From the NCBI GenBank assembly GCA_963977015.1, contig CAXBMO010000004.1, positions 389,061 through 453,060 of the forward strand: DNA of 64,000 bases, read 5' to 3'. The translations under genes and the position numbers were made by a program. Shown in pieces: positions 29,977-39,867 of the stretch. The DNA comes from an uncultured bacterium. Its GTDB lineage: Bacteria > Verrucomicrobiota > Verrucomicrobiia > Verrucomicrobiales > DEV007. The first letter of the stretch is position 1, and every line of letters starts with the position of its first letter. The notes below the pieces were generated by a model. The model was given only the letters and a program-made list of their open reading frames with translations. It had not been told where the DNA came from and searched no databases.

Positions 29977-32900
29977 CTAGACGTTTTTGCGCTGCGGGAC
30001 TCCTTCAATGGCAATCAACCGATCGAAATCACGCATGACTTCAGGAGCCGTTTCGTTCCAATATTGAGTATGCGCCCCTGGCGACAGACAGTATTCGCGA
30101 AGCTCTGGGAAATTGGTGCCGCCATTTGGAGTGTGGTTGCTGGCAACCGGGTTGTGAGCATAAGGAATAAAGCGCCCGGATTCATCGTGGCGCCAGAGGT
30201 ACCTTCCAACATAATCGCCACTCCGGTAAGCATTCCACCACAACTCCACCCCAAGAAAGTCCTTGGTCTGAATCCCGGATCCATTCAATTCCGGAGAAGC
30301 CCAACCATACGTCGCCGGAAAACGTTCCGCATAGATCTGCCGTAACGGAGACCCCATCGTAAAAACCCGGATCGGACAACTCAATCCTCCATCAGGTTCA
30401 CTAGATGTCAGGTAATCCAGATTATTCCCAACAGCAACATTCCGATTCTTCACCAACCGCAGAAGATCCGCCGTAATCACCGTCCCCTGACTATGCGCCA
30501 GAATCACGATCCTACTATATCCCTTGCCCGTTTTGGGATCTCGATAAGACCCTATGTAACGAAGCAGTGACGCATAACGACACAGGATTTGAGCGCGAAC
30601 ATTATGATTCTCCGGACGAAGACGCATGTAGTTCACCACATCCAACGCAACATCCATTCCCGATCGAAAACTATCAAACAACGGACGAGCAAACCCTCCG
30701 ATCGGAGTGTTCACAAAGAGGATTAAAACTGCAATGGCGAAATAGGCTGTTGATGCGAGGCCTTGCAGAACCAAGGATGAATCCGTAGCCAGCTTGTAAT
30801 CCTTACCCACGGTCTTCTCCCGGTTACTTTCTGCCAAAATCGGGCTATTCCCCAACGCCCATTGGAAGCGGGGCAACCGCCGTTTATCGGCTCCCTTTTC
30901 GAGGATCGGACGGGGCATTACCTCATTGCGATCTATTCCCAACAGAAAAATATCCCATCCATCGATATGATGTCCGACGTGATCTTCAGGATCATACCCC
31001 CCCTCAGATTGCATTTGCAAATCCATCCGATACTCTTCCACCGCAAGACTTGTCATCTTGTACTGACGGGCAAGAGTTCCAGCAAGAATCCCAACAATGC
31101 AGAGAACCAAGACAACCTGGGCAAAAGCAAGACTCCCAAATGCTTTCTGCAAGGATTTGCCAAGAACCTCCGAGATCACCTCGTGCCGAGCCGCCTCCTT
31201 ATCTTCCTCATTCTCTTTCTGCTTGAGCGATGAATGAGGGGTCCCTTCAGAGAGCAGGGCAGGAAGAAACACCCAGCAAGAAAAAACGGAAACCAGGATA
31301 ACGGCTAAAAACGCGAGGTTGACGTAAGGCTGAACGGTATTCTGCAGGGCATCATCCACCAACCGGCTAAATTGAATATCGCGTCGTTCAAGAATCCGGC
31401 TGACCAACGGTTCCAACTCGTTCCGGAGTTCATCGCCCTTTCTGAGTTCCCGAAAATCCCAATTCTTCCGCGCATATTCACTAATCTCCAGGACCTCGTC
31501 TGGATAGGGCCATAAATCCGCGCCTTCCATCTCCACTTTAACTCCCAACGTGTCAAAGACCTGAAGGTAGATCTTACCGTCATACCGACCAAGCACAGTG
31601 GTATTCAGAATGGGTGCTTTCGAGTGATTTTCTACCCATGTCTTCGGTCGATCCGAAATGAAAAATGCTTGCTTGCTGATATCAACACCCATTCTCTCCA
31701 GCAAGGCGAGAAACCCCGTCGTTTGACTGATCGAGATGACTTCCTTCTCAAAATTGAGGGCCCAATGATCCGGCGGAACCAACTTTGAGGTACGGTTTCG
31801 CTCCTTGTAAACCGTAACCGCTTCCATGAAGGCACCCCAGGTAGAGGGGGTTAATTCCGCCTTCGCCTGTGAAGCCTCTCCGACCACTTTATCCAAGGCT
31901 TGAATGAATTCGTCATGGCTTCCAGGCTTTTCCATCCCAAGCTTGAGCGACTCTCCCGAGGGAAGCTTTCGATTCAATTCCCGTTCGGCTTGCGCCATCG
32001 TTTCCATGAGCGTTTCCTGCATCACTTCGTGATCAGCATCTTCCCGGCGTTCAATGGCATTTCGAACGACGTCGTCAAAAAGGTCCGTTTGCTTGAGAGG
32101 AAGAATTGCAGCCCACCAGAGCCCAACGTTTAAAAGCATCGTCAACATGGTCGGCAACGTCACTGCCAAAATCGCCGTCTCCAGAGTCCTCGCTCGTTGC
32201 CGCATCGCTCTGGCATCGGTGCTCGCCACATTCGCCTCCGCATCTTGCTGCCCTTTCATTAATTTTGCAGCCTGCTTATCGAGCTTCAATGCCTGGTAGC
32301 GAAAATACCAGAGGCGAGGCTGTCCAAGGAAGACAAACAACCCTGCCTGAACCAAAACCACCATCCAAACCGCGCCCAAGAGAGCGACTCCCATCGCCAA
32401 GGCGAAACCACCACCGCTGACCATACGCGGAAAATAGGTCGGAACCGTCATCCCAATGATCAACATGACGGTCAGAAAGCAGACCGCAATCCCACTTACC
32501 CAATAGGTTCTTCCCGGCCCCTGACGTTGCTTGATCAACTTGACGACCGTCCCGAAAAAAAGCGCCACCACGAAGATCCAAACACTAATCCCGAGTAGAG
32601 CTTCGGTCCATCTATCACTGTCCTCAAGTTGCAGGCCCAGCTTGCTAAAGAGCACGGAGTTGGGAGACAACCAGTCATTTACGAGCCATCCCGAGCCAAT
32701 CGCCAAGAACATCGCCATTCCCAACCGCCATTCCCAGGGTCCCTTCAACCACCGCCGCGCCCTGATCCGGTCCCCATTGTGAGTCACCCAAACATTGCCG
32801 CGAAGCCAGAACGCATAAACGGAAAGCACCAGAAGGCCGATCGACACGGAAAACAGGAGTCGATAAAGCGTCCCATAAGGCACCCGATCTCCCTCAAACC

Positions 32901-33558
32901 AGGCCAACCCGGCCACGATCGTGACAATGATCAATCCAAAAAGAAAGATATTGAGAAGTGGAACCACGCAACTGATCGAAACCGTCGCACTGCGGTGCAA
33001 CCAACGCAGGAATCTCATGCCGACCGCCGATTCGTCAGCATCATGAAGCGATTTGTCGCGCTTCAAGGCTCTCGTCCCAACCCAGGCCAACTCGAAAAGG
33101 AGCCGATAAAGCGCCACCAGAATACTGAAAACCCCTCGCCCAAGCTTACTCAGATCCGCCCAATACATCTCATAAACGTGAATCCCTTTGGATCGCGTCT
33201 CTCCGGTTTCCGGATCTTCATCCAAACGCGATCCCTCCAATCGAATCGTGTCATAGTTTTCTGCGCTACTCTCCAGCTCAAAATCCTTGAGCTGTTTATG
33301 GATCTCCTTCTCCCATTCATCGCGGGATCCGTCACACTCACTCAGGTCGATTCCTGCAGTTGCGATCCGCATCGACTCCTGCTCAAAGCCTGGATAGCGA
33401 CCCTTTCTAAATCCATCAATTCCGTCCTCATCCTCCAGTTCATCCAGATGCAGAAGCATGTTTGCCGCAGTCTGCGCCGTTTCATACGGTTTTTGGTCCG
33501 CCACGCCATGTACGGCAATAACGGCCACAGTCTGATCATCCTGAAACTGCCCAGCCAC
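29977..33558 (-). CDS. Large polytopic membrane protein with split alpha/beta-hydrolase domain
   Basis: N-terminal VIAVHGV; many TMs; C-terminal AHSQG, TMGSPL, RSGDYVG, GAHTQYW. Confidence 0.75.
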   Translation of the reverse strand: MAGQFQDDQTVAVIAVHGVADQKPYETAQTAANMLLHLDELEDEDGIDGFRKGRYPGFEQESMRIATAGIDLSECDGSRDEWEKEIHKQLKDFELESSAENYDTIRLEGSRLDEDPETGETRSKGIHVYEMYWADLSKLGRGVFSILVALYRLLFELAWVGTRALKRDKSLHDADESAVGMRFLRWLHRSATVSISCVVPLLNIFLFGLIIVTIVAGLAWFEGDRVPYGTLYRLLFSVSIGLLVLSVYAFWLRGNVWVTHNGDRIRARRWLKGPWEWRLGMAMFLAIGSGWLVNDWLSPNSVLFSKLGLQLEDSDRWTEALLGISVWIFVVALFFGTVVKLIKQRQGPGRTYWVSGIAVCFLTVMLIIGMTVPTYFPRMVSGGGFALAMGVALLGAVWMVVLVQAGLFVFLGQPRLWYFRYQALKLDKQAAKLMKGQQDAEANVASTDARAMRQRARTLETAILAVTLPTMLTMLLNVGLWWAAILPLKQTDLFDDVVRNAIERREDADHEVMQETLMETMAQAERELNRKLPSGESLKLGMEKPGSHDEFIQALDKVVGEASQAKAELTPSTWGAFMEAVTVYKERNRTSKLVPPDHWALNFEKEVISISQTTGFLALLERMGVDISKQAFFISDRPKTWVENHSKAPILNTTVLGRYDGKIYLQVFDTLGVKVEMEGADLWPYPDEVLEISEYARKNWDFRELRKGDELRNELEPLVSRILERRDIQFSRLVDDALQNTVQPYVNLAFLAVILVSVFSCWVFLPALLSEGTPHSSLKQKENEEDKEAARHEVISEVLGKSLQKAFGSLAFAQVVLVLCIVGILAGTLARQYKMTSLAVEEYRMDLQMQSEGGYDPEDHVGHHIDGWDIFLLGIDRNEVMPRPILEKGADKRRLPRFQWALGNSPILAESNREKTVGKDYKLATDSSLVLQGLASTAYFAIAVLILFVNTPIGGFARPLFDSFRSGMDVALDVVNYMRLRPENHNVRAQILCRYASLLRYIGSYRDPKTGKGYSRIVILAHSQGTVITADLLRLVKNRNVAVGNNLDYLTSSEPDGGLSCPIRVFTMGSPLRQIYAERFPATYGWASPELNGSGIQTKDFLGVELWWNAYRSGDYVGRYLWRHDESGRFIPYAHNPVASNHTPNGGTNFPELREYCLSPGAHTQYWNETAPEVMRDFDRLIAIEGVPQRKNV

Positions 33559-33718
33559 AATATCTTGAGGATAGGGTTAAACGACACTCCCTGCCAAGCA
33601 CCGAATTTCAATGAGGGACTTTTTTCTCAACGGTTACCGAAAACCGCTTCCTGACTCCCTCCCAACCTGACGCTGCGATCCCGTCTTCCAACCACGCTCG
33701 CTCGCACCTCCCGAAACC

Positions 33719-34747
33719 TCAACGCCCGGGACTCTTGGGAATCGCCAGATCGACGACCACGGCAAGGTGATCCGAGCCCAGCGGAGGCGATAGCCGAAAA
33801 TCAAGAACCTCCACATCTTTCGAGACCAGACAATGATCGATGGGGCGACCAAGAACTCGCTGGAGAGGCGGTTCGACCCACTGCCAGTCTGAGGGGTTCA
33901 CGCCAAAACCCACCCGGGCGTCCTTGAGCTTGCTCCGGTTTCGAAAGTCTCGATACCACGGGGACCACAGATCGGCATTCAAATCTCCGACCAGAACCAG
34001 GGGGCCTGGGGTATGGGCCGAGAGAGGCGCCAACCCATTCAAGAGAAGCGCATTCCGGTCTTCATAACCGTGGTAGCCCATCAAGAAATAGGAGGGCGCG
34101 TGACAGCCGATCACCGTGATCAAGGTTCCCTCAACGGATACTTCAATGGCTCCGATCTTCCCGTATGGGTGTTGCGTGAACTGCATCGGTCGCCAATTCT
34201 GAAGTGGGTATCGACTGACGATCAACCCGTCGAACGAGAAATGGCGCACGCGGTAGGGATATTCCTCAAACCACTCGCGAAGATAGTCATTCCACCTCTT
34301 CCCGTATTCACAGAAATAGATCACATCAGCGTTCTCTTTTTCCAAAAAGGCAAGGACCTCATCTTTTCTCGTATTTCGCCTTCCAAGGAGATTGAAGGAA
34401 ATCAGTCGCAGTTGGAGAGGATGGGTCTCCGCCACGGACTCCGCAGAAGTGACCTTGGCCAGGGGAGGATAGTAGGGCAGGACCTCGATTCCGTTGACCA
34501 CAAACGCACTCCCGGCCAATCCCAGACAAAGGCTCCACGCCAACGGCGCATGAGGCCGAAGTCGATAAATGGCGAGCAAACACCCCAGCCCCAGGATACT
34601 GCACCACAGATAAAACAACCGCTGACCGGAGAACAGTTCGAGGTATCGACATATCCGGCCCCCGTATCCCGCGAGAGAGGCAAACAAGAGGAGGATTCCG
34701 AGCAAGGAACCAAACCAGAGGATCAACCGGACGCTTCGCCTAATCAC
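33719..34747 (-). CDS. Endonuclease/exonuclease/phosphatase family membrane protein
   Basis: N-terminal TMs; ISFN, GDLN, PIDH, GSDH motifs. Confidence 0.85.
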   Translation of the reverse strand: MIRRSVRLILWFGSLLGILLLFASLAGYGGRICRYLELFSGQRLFYLWCSILGLGCLLAIYRLRPHAPLAWSLCLGLAGSAFVVNGIEVLPYYPPLAKVTSAESVAETHPLQLRLISFNLLGRRNTRKDEVLAFLEKENADVIYFCEYGKRWNDYLREWFEEYPYRVRHFSFDGLIVSRYPLQNWRPMQFTQHPYGKIGAIEVSVEGTLITVIGCHAPSYFLMGYHGYEDRNALLLNGLAPLSAHTPGPLVLVGDLNADLWSPWYRDFRNRSKLKDARVGFGVNPSDWQWVEPPLQRVLGRPIDHCLVSKDVEVLDFRLSPPLGSDHLAVVVDLAIPKSPGR

Positions 34748-34919
34748 TATCCCATTCCCTTCGGCTGAATTTCATGCCCGCGAACAGCGCGGATGGAGTT
34801 GATACTCCGAATAACGTAAATCCTCATAAACGGCGTGATCCTGTCTACCCTCTCACGGATCGATGTCAAACCCGCACCGCTCCAACTTTGCGCCCCTTTC
34901 GCCACTATCAACGCCTTGG

Positions 34920-35354
34920 TTAGGCATCGAAAGGCAACTGAGTTTCCCCGATCCTCACCCGTCGACGAAGCCCTTTCGCTTCGCGCAACAGATCAGCCCA
35001 GGCGAAGGTCCAGCCGAGATGGGCGAGAACCCGGAACAGACCGTGGCCATCCGGCTGGTAGCCGAACAGACAACCGATCTCCATCCCGAGCGCCCCCAGC
35101 AGAAACAACGTCGCCGCAATGAGGTGACATCGGTAGACCAACCAATCCGGCGCTTCGCCGCGTTGCACCATGAGAACAAGCGCGAGCGGGCTCACCAAAA
35201 TCACGACGCCCACCCAATCCGGCACCAGCGGCATCAGGAGATCCGCGTAGTATCCGGTGAGTCCAAAGAGACTGATCGTCGCACAGAACAACGCCCGGCT
35301 GGGATATCCCGTAATCCAGCTTGGAACCGTAAAGTTTTCAGAGGCAGACTTCAT
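34920..35354 (-). CDS. Hypothetical membrane protein
   Basis: Four hydrophobic segments; start uncertain. Confidence 0.55.
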   Translation of the reverse strand: MKSASENFTVPSWITGYPSRALFCATISLFGLTGYYADLLMPLVPDWVGVVILVSPLALVLMVQRGEAPDWLVYRCHLIAATLFLLGALGMEIGCLFGYQPDGHGLFRVLAHLGWTFAWADLLREAKGLRRRVRIGETQLPFDA

Positions 35355-35470
35355 GAGCGGTGGGAACCTTCGTGACCAACACTCTAGAGCATTTTCAGCG
35401 GAAGTCAGCCGATGCAACGGGGAGATTTGGCTTCCGGCAAGACGTTGTGAGGGAGCAGGCCGGGCATCAC

Positions 35471-36157
35471 CTACACGGCCGCGGCAAGGCCAATCACCAG
35501 CAGAGTCAGCGGAACCGCGATGATCAGAATCGCAATCAAAATCGACCCGAGCGCCTTCCAGGCAGAGAATCCGTGAGCCTGGCCCAACGTGTGGAGCAGG
35601 ACGACAAAGGACCAGACTCCGATGACGGTTTCGACGGTGCCAATCCCTATCAGGGCGCTAAACAGCATGGGATCGGAGTCCATCCTCGGCGTTTCGGTGG
35701 TGAATAGTTCTTTGCCAAAAAGGAGGAGTTGAGGAATCCACATCGGCAGAAACCAGACCACGGGAACGGAAGACCAGGCGATGGCCGCGCGAACGTCCTG
35801 CGACTCCGCCGTCCCTTTGAGCATCGATCCGGTCCATCGGAGAAAGGCGCCGCTGATGTACAACCCAAAGATCCCCGAAAGCGGTCCGACAAAAAACGCG
35901 ATGGCGAAGATGATCGGCATCTCCAATTGATCTCCGAGGCTTTTCATCACCGCGCGATCAAGGGTCTGGGCAACTCCGGAAATCGCCGCCAAGGCAAGGA
36001 CCGCCCGTCCCGGATCCGTCGCGAGAATGAACCGGATGGTCGCCTTGGGCCGCAACCAGATCGCGGTCCAGGGATTCAACTCTTCCACCGTCTCATCATC
36101 GCCGGACAACGGGGTGACAGTAGTTTGCGGTGGCGCGTAGGGATTTTCGTCGCTCAT
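35471..36157 (-). CDS. Yip1 domain membrane protein
   Basis: ENPYAPP, NPWTAIWLRPKATIR, five TMs, GFSAWKA. Confidence 0.8.
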   Translation of the reverse strand: MSDENPYAPPQTTVTPLSGDDETVEELNPWTAIWLRPKATIRFILATDPGRAVLALAAISGVAQTLDRAVMKSLGDQLEMPIIFAIAFFVGPLSGIFGLYISGAFLRWTGSMLKGTAESQDVRAAIAWSSVPVVWFLPMWIPQLLLFGKELFTTETPRMDSDPMLFSALIGIGTVETVIGVWSFVVLLHTLGQAHGFSAWKALGSILIAILIIAVPLTLLVIGLAAAV

Positions 36158-36242
36158 GAAAATGGAGTCAGGATCATTCGTTGGAAACTGCGGATGGATC
36201 TCTCAACCAAAAGGATCCGGCCGCTGCCCAACAATGCTGGCG

Positions 36243-36824
36243 TCAGCCAAACACCTTATACGGCGAATAGCGATAATATTTTGGCCGGGAATCGAGCCGG
36301 AGATGCAGCCAGGAAACCCCCAATCCCGCCGTGCTCAACCAGATTGGCTCGTCGGAAACCTGTTGCTCCATGGCCTCGCCCGCGCACTTCCAAAACGCAT
36401 CGACCTGTTCCCGCGACGCCCCCCGCAGAAACGCCAGCAAATGCGTATAGCACGGCAACCCGGACAACGGCGCAGGAACCACCAGCACGGCATCACCTCC
36501 CAAATTCGGAAACGTCAGCACCACCTCCTCCGGCGAAGCCGCAAACCGGGAGCTGAACGGCCCGGGATCCGGCCGCAATCGTTCCAACGCTTTCGCTTCG
36601 ACCAACACATATTCGAAAGGTTGATCCAGAGAAGACCGAGTCACCGGAGGCGTCTCCCAAAACACCGCCTCAAACGGACCCGACACAATCCCATCCGCAA
36701 AGAACTGGCGGAACTCCGCGCTCTCCTTCCACAAATCCATCACCTGACGAACCGACAGGCTCGTCAGTTTTACAAGCTGCGTGTGATCGTCGATTTGGTC
36801 TCTTTGAAGCTCCCACATTTTCAA
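36243..36824 (-). CDS. Conserved hypothetical protein (DUF6940-like)
   Basis: FWETPP, FPNLGGDA, WLSTAGLGVSWLHLRLDSRPKYY. Confidence 0.7.
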   Translation of the reverse strand: MKMWELQRDQIDDHTQLVKLTSLSVRQVMDLWKESAEFRQFFADGIVSGPFEAVFWETPPVTRSSLDQPFEYVLVEAKALERLRPDPGPFSSRFAASPEEVVLTFPNLGGDAVLVVPAPLSGLPCYTHLLAFLRGASREQVDAFWKCAGEAMEQQVSDEPIWLSTAGLGVSWLHLRLDSRPKYYRYSPYKVFG

Positions 36825-36834
36825 GCAGCCTACA

Positions 36835-37575
36835 CAAACGTAGATTCGACTGGTAGTCGAATTTGAACCTCGATTGCATCAATCCATCTCCACGCAGCCC
36901 AGCCATAGCATTCATCGAAGGAACAAGCAGAGAGCCGGAGGCGCAACCCGAGCCAATAGGTCGGTGGAGCGAAGCGAAACCACCGGACCAGTCACAGTGC
37001 GAGGAAGCGTCCCTAAAGGGCTGCCCGAAGCCTTCCGCAATCCCTACAGGATTGAATTCGCTCTGGCCCCGGAGGTCCCAGCGTAGCCTTCGGCAACACT
37101 GGGCTGTTCGTACGAAATCCCGTTGGGATTTACCCGCCAGAAACCTTGAGTGATTGGTTCGAACTGAGCTGATCGATTGCGTTGGACAAGGAGTGCGGAC
37201 AATCCTGTCCGCCTCAGAGCACGAGTCCGAAGAGCTGGCCTGAATGGCCAGAACATGCCAGCCCGGGGTGCGCGAGCCCAAGCGAGCCAAGCCCCGGATC
37301 AAGAAGCCCGCAATCCCAAGCGCTGAAAGCGCGAGACAACCGCTCCCCTGAAGCCAAAACACGCAAACGTAGATTCGACTGGCAGTCGAATCCAACCATC
37401 CTCCCAAGCCCACAATCACCTTGACCCGATAGCCCAAGCCTTCACGCCCCTCATAGCGCCTCCCCGCAGAAAACTACGGCAACGCCGTTGCGCACGAACA
37501 GCCCAGGGTTGCCAGGCGCAGCGCAGGCTACCCTGGGAACTCGACCCACCAACACACCCAACTCTGAAGGAGTTG
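36835..37575. repeat. Cluster of REP-like palindromes and short hairpin elements
   Basis: 28-bp direct repeat CAAACGTAGATTCGACTGGYAGTCGAAT at 36835 and 37364; related ~95-bp elements in inverted orientation at 37038-37132 and 37480-37575. Confidence 0.75.
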
Positions 37576-37704
37576 CGAACCCGAATCGCCACCCCACAAC
37601 CTTGCCTCGGGACGCGATCTGAACTTCAGCCCCCAACACCACCCGTCCGGGTAACGAATGGAGATCCACAGGAATCAAACCACACTTGCCCCAGAGAGCG
37701 AAAG

Positions 37705-37721
37705 GGTATTATTTTTATACC
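37705..37721. promoter_or_regulatory. Palindromic operator / promoter of brnTA-2
   Basis: GGTATTATTTTTATACC, same length and arms as the 12254 site, 2 nt before ATG. Confidence 0.65.
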
Positions 37722-37723
37722 AG

Positions 37724-37987
37724 ATGAGCCTTGAGTTTGACGAAGCCAAAAGTGTCTCAAAGCTCGAGAAACATGGAATCGATTTCCAGAAGGCGCAGCA
37801 ACTTTGGCATGACTCAAACCATGTAACCTTTGAAGCCCGGTTTGACGACGAGAGCCGATTTGGCCTCATTGCTGAATTCAATGAGAAGCTCTTGTGTGCC
37901 ATCTTTACTCTCCGCGATGATCGAATCCGACTGATTTCCGTTCGCAGGGCAAGAGACTACGAAACCAAGTTGTACAATGAAAGCTGA
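37724..37987 (+). CDS. brnT: BrnT family toxin
   Basis: LEFDEAKSVSKLEKHGIDFQKAQ..IRLISVRRAR; ATG at 37724 matches the paralog start. Confidence 0.9.
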   Translation: MSLEFDEAKSVSKLEKHGIDFQKAQQLWHDSNHVTFEARFDDESRFGLIAEFNEKLLCAIFTLRDDRIRLISVRRARDYETKLYNES

Positions 37988-38213
37988 AGAGTTCGACAAG
38001 ATCTTTGACGAGGGAGGAGACATTTCCTCCTACGTCGATGAGTCCTCCCTCAAAAAACCGTCTTTTGAGCAAAAGCGGGTGAACGTCGATTTTCCTCAAT
38101 GGGTGATCGACGCTCTTGACCGGCAAGCAAGAAAACTCGGTGTTTCTCGCCAGGCAATCATCAAAGTATGGATTGCAGAGCGATTGAAACTCGAGACCCA
38201 TCCCAACAGCTAA
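37977..38213 (+). CDS. brnA: BrnA/CopG-type (RHH) antitoxin
   Basis: KRVNVDFPQWVIDALDRQARKLGVSRQAIIKVWIAERL. Confidence 0.9.
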   Translation: MKAEEFDKIFDEGGDISSYVDESSLKKPSFEQKRVNVDFPQWVIDALDRQARKLGVSRQAIIKVWIAERLKLETHPNS

Positions 38214-38369
38214 GCGAACGTTCTGGTTTCGCAGGTTTCAAGAGCAGGACGCGTTTGCTCCCTTCGGCTATCGAGGAAATTTCGTAACGACCAATCCTCA
38301 CTCTCCGCCAAAACAGAGCAAGGTGAGGAGAGCGAAACCGCTCCGGCGAGCTCCCCATCACCATCCCCC

Positions 38370-39200
38370 TCACTGCCACCTCCCCAGAATCTCCGTCGGC
38401 TGAACTCCGGACTCTCGCAGGGCTTTCAGGGTCTGGCTTTGGTCTCGCTTGGCGTAGCGGCGTCCGGTCTCGTCGGTGAGGAGCGGATGATGTTCGTAGC
38501 TTGGAACGGGCAGATCGAGGACGGCCTGAAGCACGCGATGGATGTGGGTGGCGTGGAAGAGGTCGGTGCCCCGGGTGACGAGGGTGATGCCTTGCCGCGC
38601 GTCATCGAGGGTGACGGAGAGGTGATAGCTGGTGCCGATGTCCTTGCGCCCGAGGATCACGTCGCCGAGTTCTTCCGGTGTCGCGGGGATCTTGCCGGCG
38701 TGACGATCGATCCAGGTGAGCGGTCCGGTTAGGTCCAGCGCCGCAGCGAGATCGAGACGGAGGGAGTGGGGTTGGCCGTGGTCACGGCGGGTTTTGCATT
38801 CATCGGCGGACAGGTTGCGACAGGTTCCCGGGTAGACGGGGCCTTCCGGTCCATGAGGGGCGGCACCGGAGCGTTCGATTTCCTCAAGAATGGCTTTGCG
38901 CGTGCAAAAACAGGGATAGACCAGATTGCGGGATTCGAGTTCCTGCAAGGCGGCGGCGTAGTCGGCAAGATGCTGCGATTGCACGCGGACCGGTTCCTCC
39001 CAGGAAAGGCCGAGCCAGGCGAGATCTTCAAGAATGCCCTCGGTGAATTCCGGTTTGCAGCGGGTGGAATCGATATCCTCGATCCGAAGGAGAAAGCGAC
39101 CGCCGCTCTCCACGGCACGTTGATGCGCGAGCCAGGCGGAGTAGGCGTGACCAAGATGAAGCCGCCCGGTGGGGCTGGGTGCGAATCGAGTTGTTTGCAT
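38370..39200 (-). CDS. gluQ: tRNA glutamyl-Q(34) synthetase
   Basis: RFAPSPTGRLHLGH, LRIEDID, YPCFCTR, YAKRD; short, no anticodon-binding domain. Confidence 0.9.
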   Translation of the reverse strand: MQTTRFAPSPTGRLHLGHAYSAWLAHQRAVESGGRFLLRIEDIDSTRCKPEFTEGILEDLAWLGLSWEEPVRVQSQHLADYAAALQELESRNLVYPCFCTRKAILEEIERSGAAPHGPEGPVYPGTCRNLSADECKTRRDHGQPHSLRLDLAAALDLTGPLTWIDRHAGKIPATPEELGDVILGRKDIGTSYHLSVTLDDARQGITLVTRGTDLFHATHIHRVLQAVLDLPVPSYEHHPLLTDETGRRYAKRDQSQTLKALRESGVQPTEILGRWQ

Positions 39201-39231
39201 CCGTGTGAGGGCACGTCCAAGATAGAGCGCC

Positions 39232-39840
39232 GTGCCCAGAACGAAGACCTTTTCCCAACAAGTCGCCAGATTTTTTCAAACCGCCGAGGATGAAGTCGGC
39301 AAGCATGCCGGATTTTTGATGGCGTGGGTGATTCTGCTGTGGGCGATCGAGATCATCGATTTCATCACGCCGTGGGATTTCGACCAAATGCTGGGCTTGA
39401 AGCCGTGGAAGCTGGCGAGCCTGCCTGTCGGAATCGTGTGCTCGCCCTTTCTGCACGGAAGTTTCGGTCATCTGGCGTCAAACACGCTTTCGCTGATCGT
39501 CCTCGGCTGGCTCGTGATCATTGCGGGATGGCGCCAGTTCTGGATCACGAGCATCGCGGTGGCGATCGGCTCCGGGTTGGGGGTCTGGCTTCTCGGCGCG
39601 CCGGGCTCGGTGCACATTGGCGCGAGCGGTCTGGTGTTCGGCTACCTTGGCTTTCTGATGAGCCACGGGATTTGGCGACGCAGCCTGACCTGGATTGTGG
39701 TCGCGGTGATCGTGGGCTCGGTCTACGGCAGCATGATTTGGGGCGTGTTGCCCAACCGGTCCGGAATTTCGTGGCAGGGCCACTTTTTCGGCTTGGTCAC
39801 GGGGTTTTGGGCCGCCTGGGCACAGCGAAAACGCGGGTAA
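39232..39840 (+). CDS. Rhomboid family intramembrane protease
   Basis: FLHGSFGHLASN, GASG, SWQGHFFG. Confidence 0.9.
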   Translation: MPRTKTFSQQVARFFQTAEDEVGKHAGFLMAWVILLWAIEIIDFITPWDFDQMLGLKPWKLASLPVGIVCSPFLHGSFGHLASNTLSLIVLGWLVIIAGWRQFWITSIAVAIGSGLGVWLLGAPGSVHIGASGLVFGYLGFLMSHGIWRRSLTWIVVAVIVGSVYGSMIWGVLPNRSGISWQGHFFGLVTGFWAAWAQRKRG

Positions 39841-39867
39841 CGATGCCAAACCAAACCTGGCGTTTGC

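Noticed and set aside
36835-37391. 28-bp repeat pair as a CRISPR array
   Set aside because: Only two copies 529 bp apart, no regular spacers, no cas genes
38200-38230. attC after the second brnTA pair (CCCAAC..GTTCTGG)
   Set aside because: Too short and no convincing L-box hairpin
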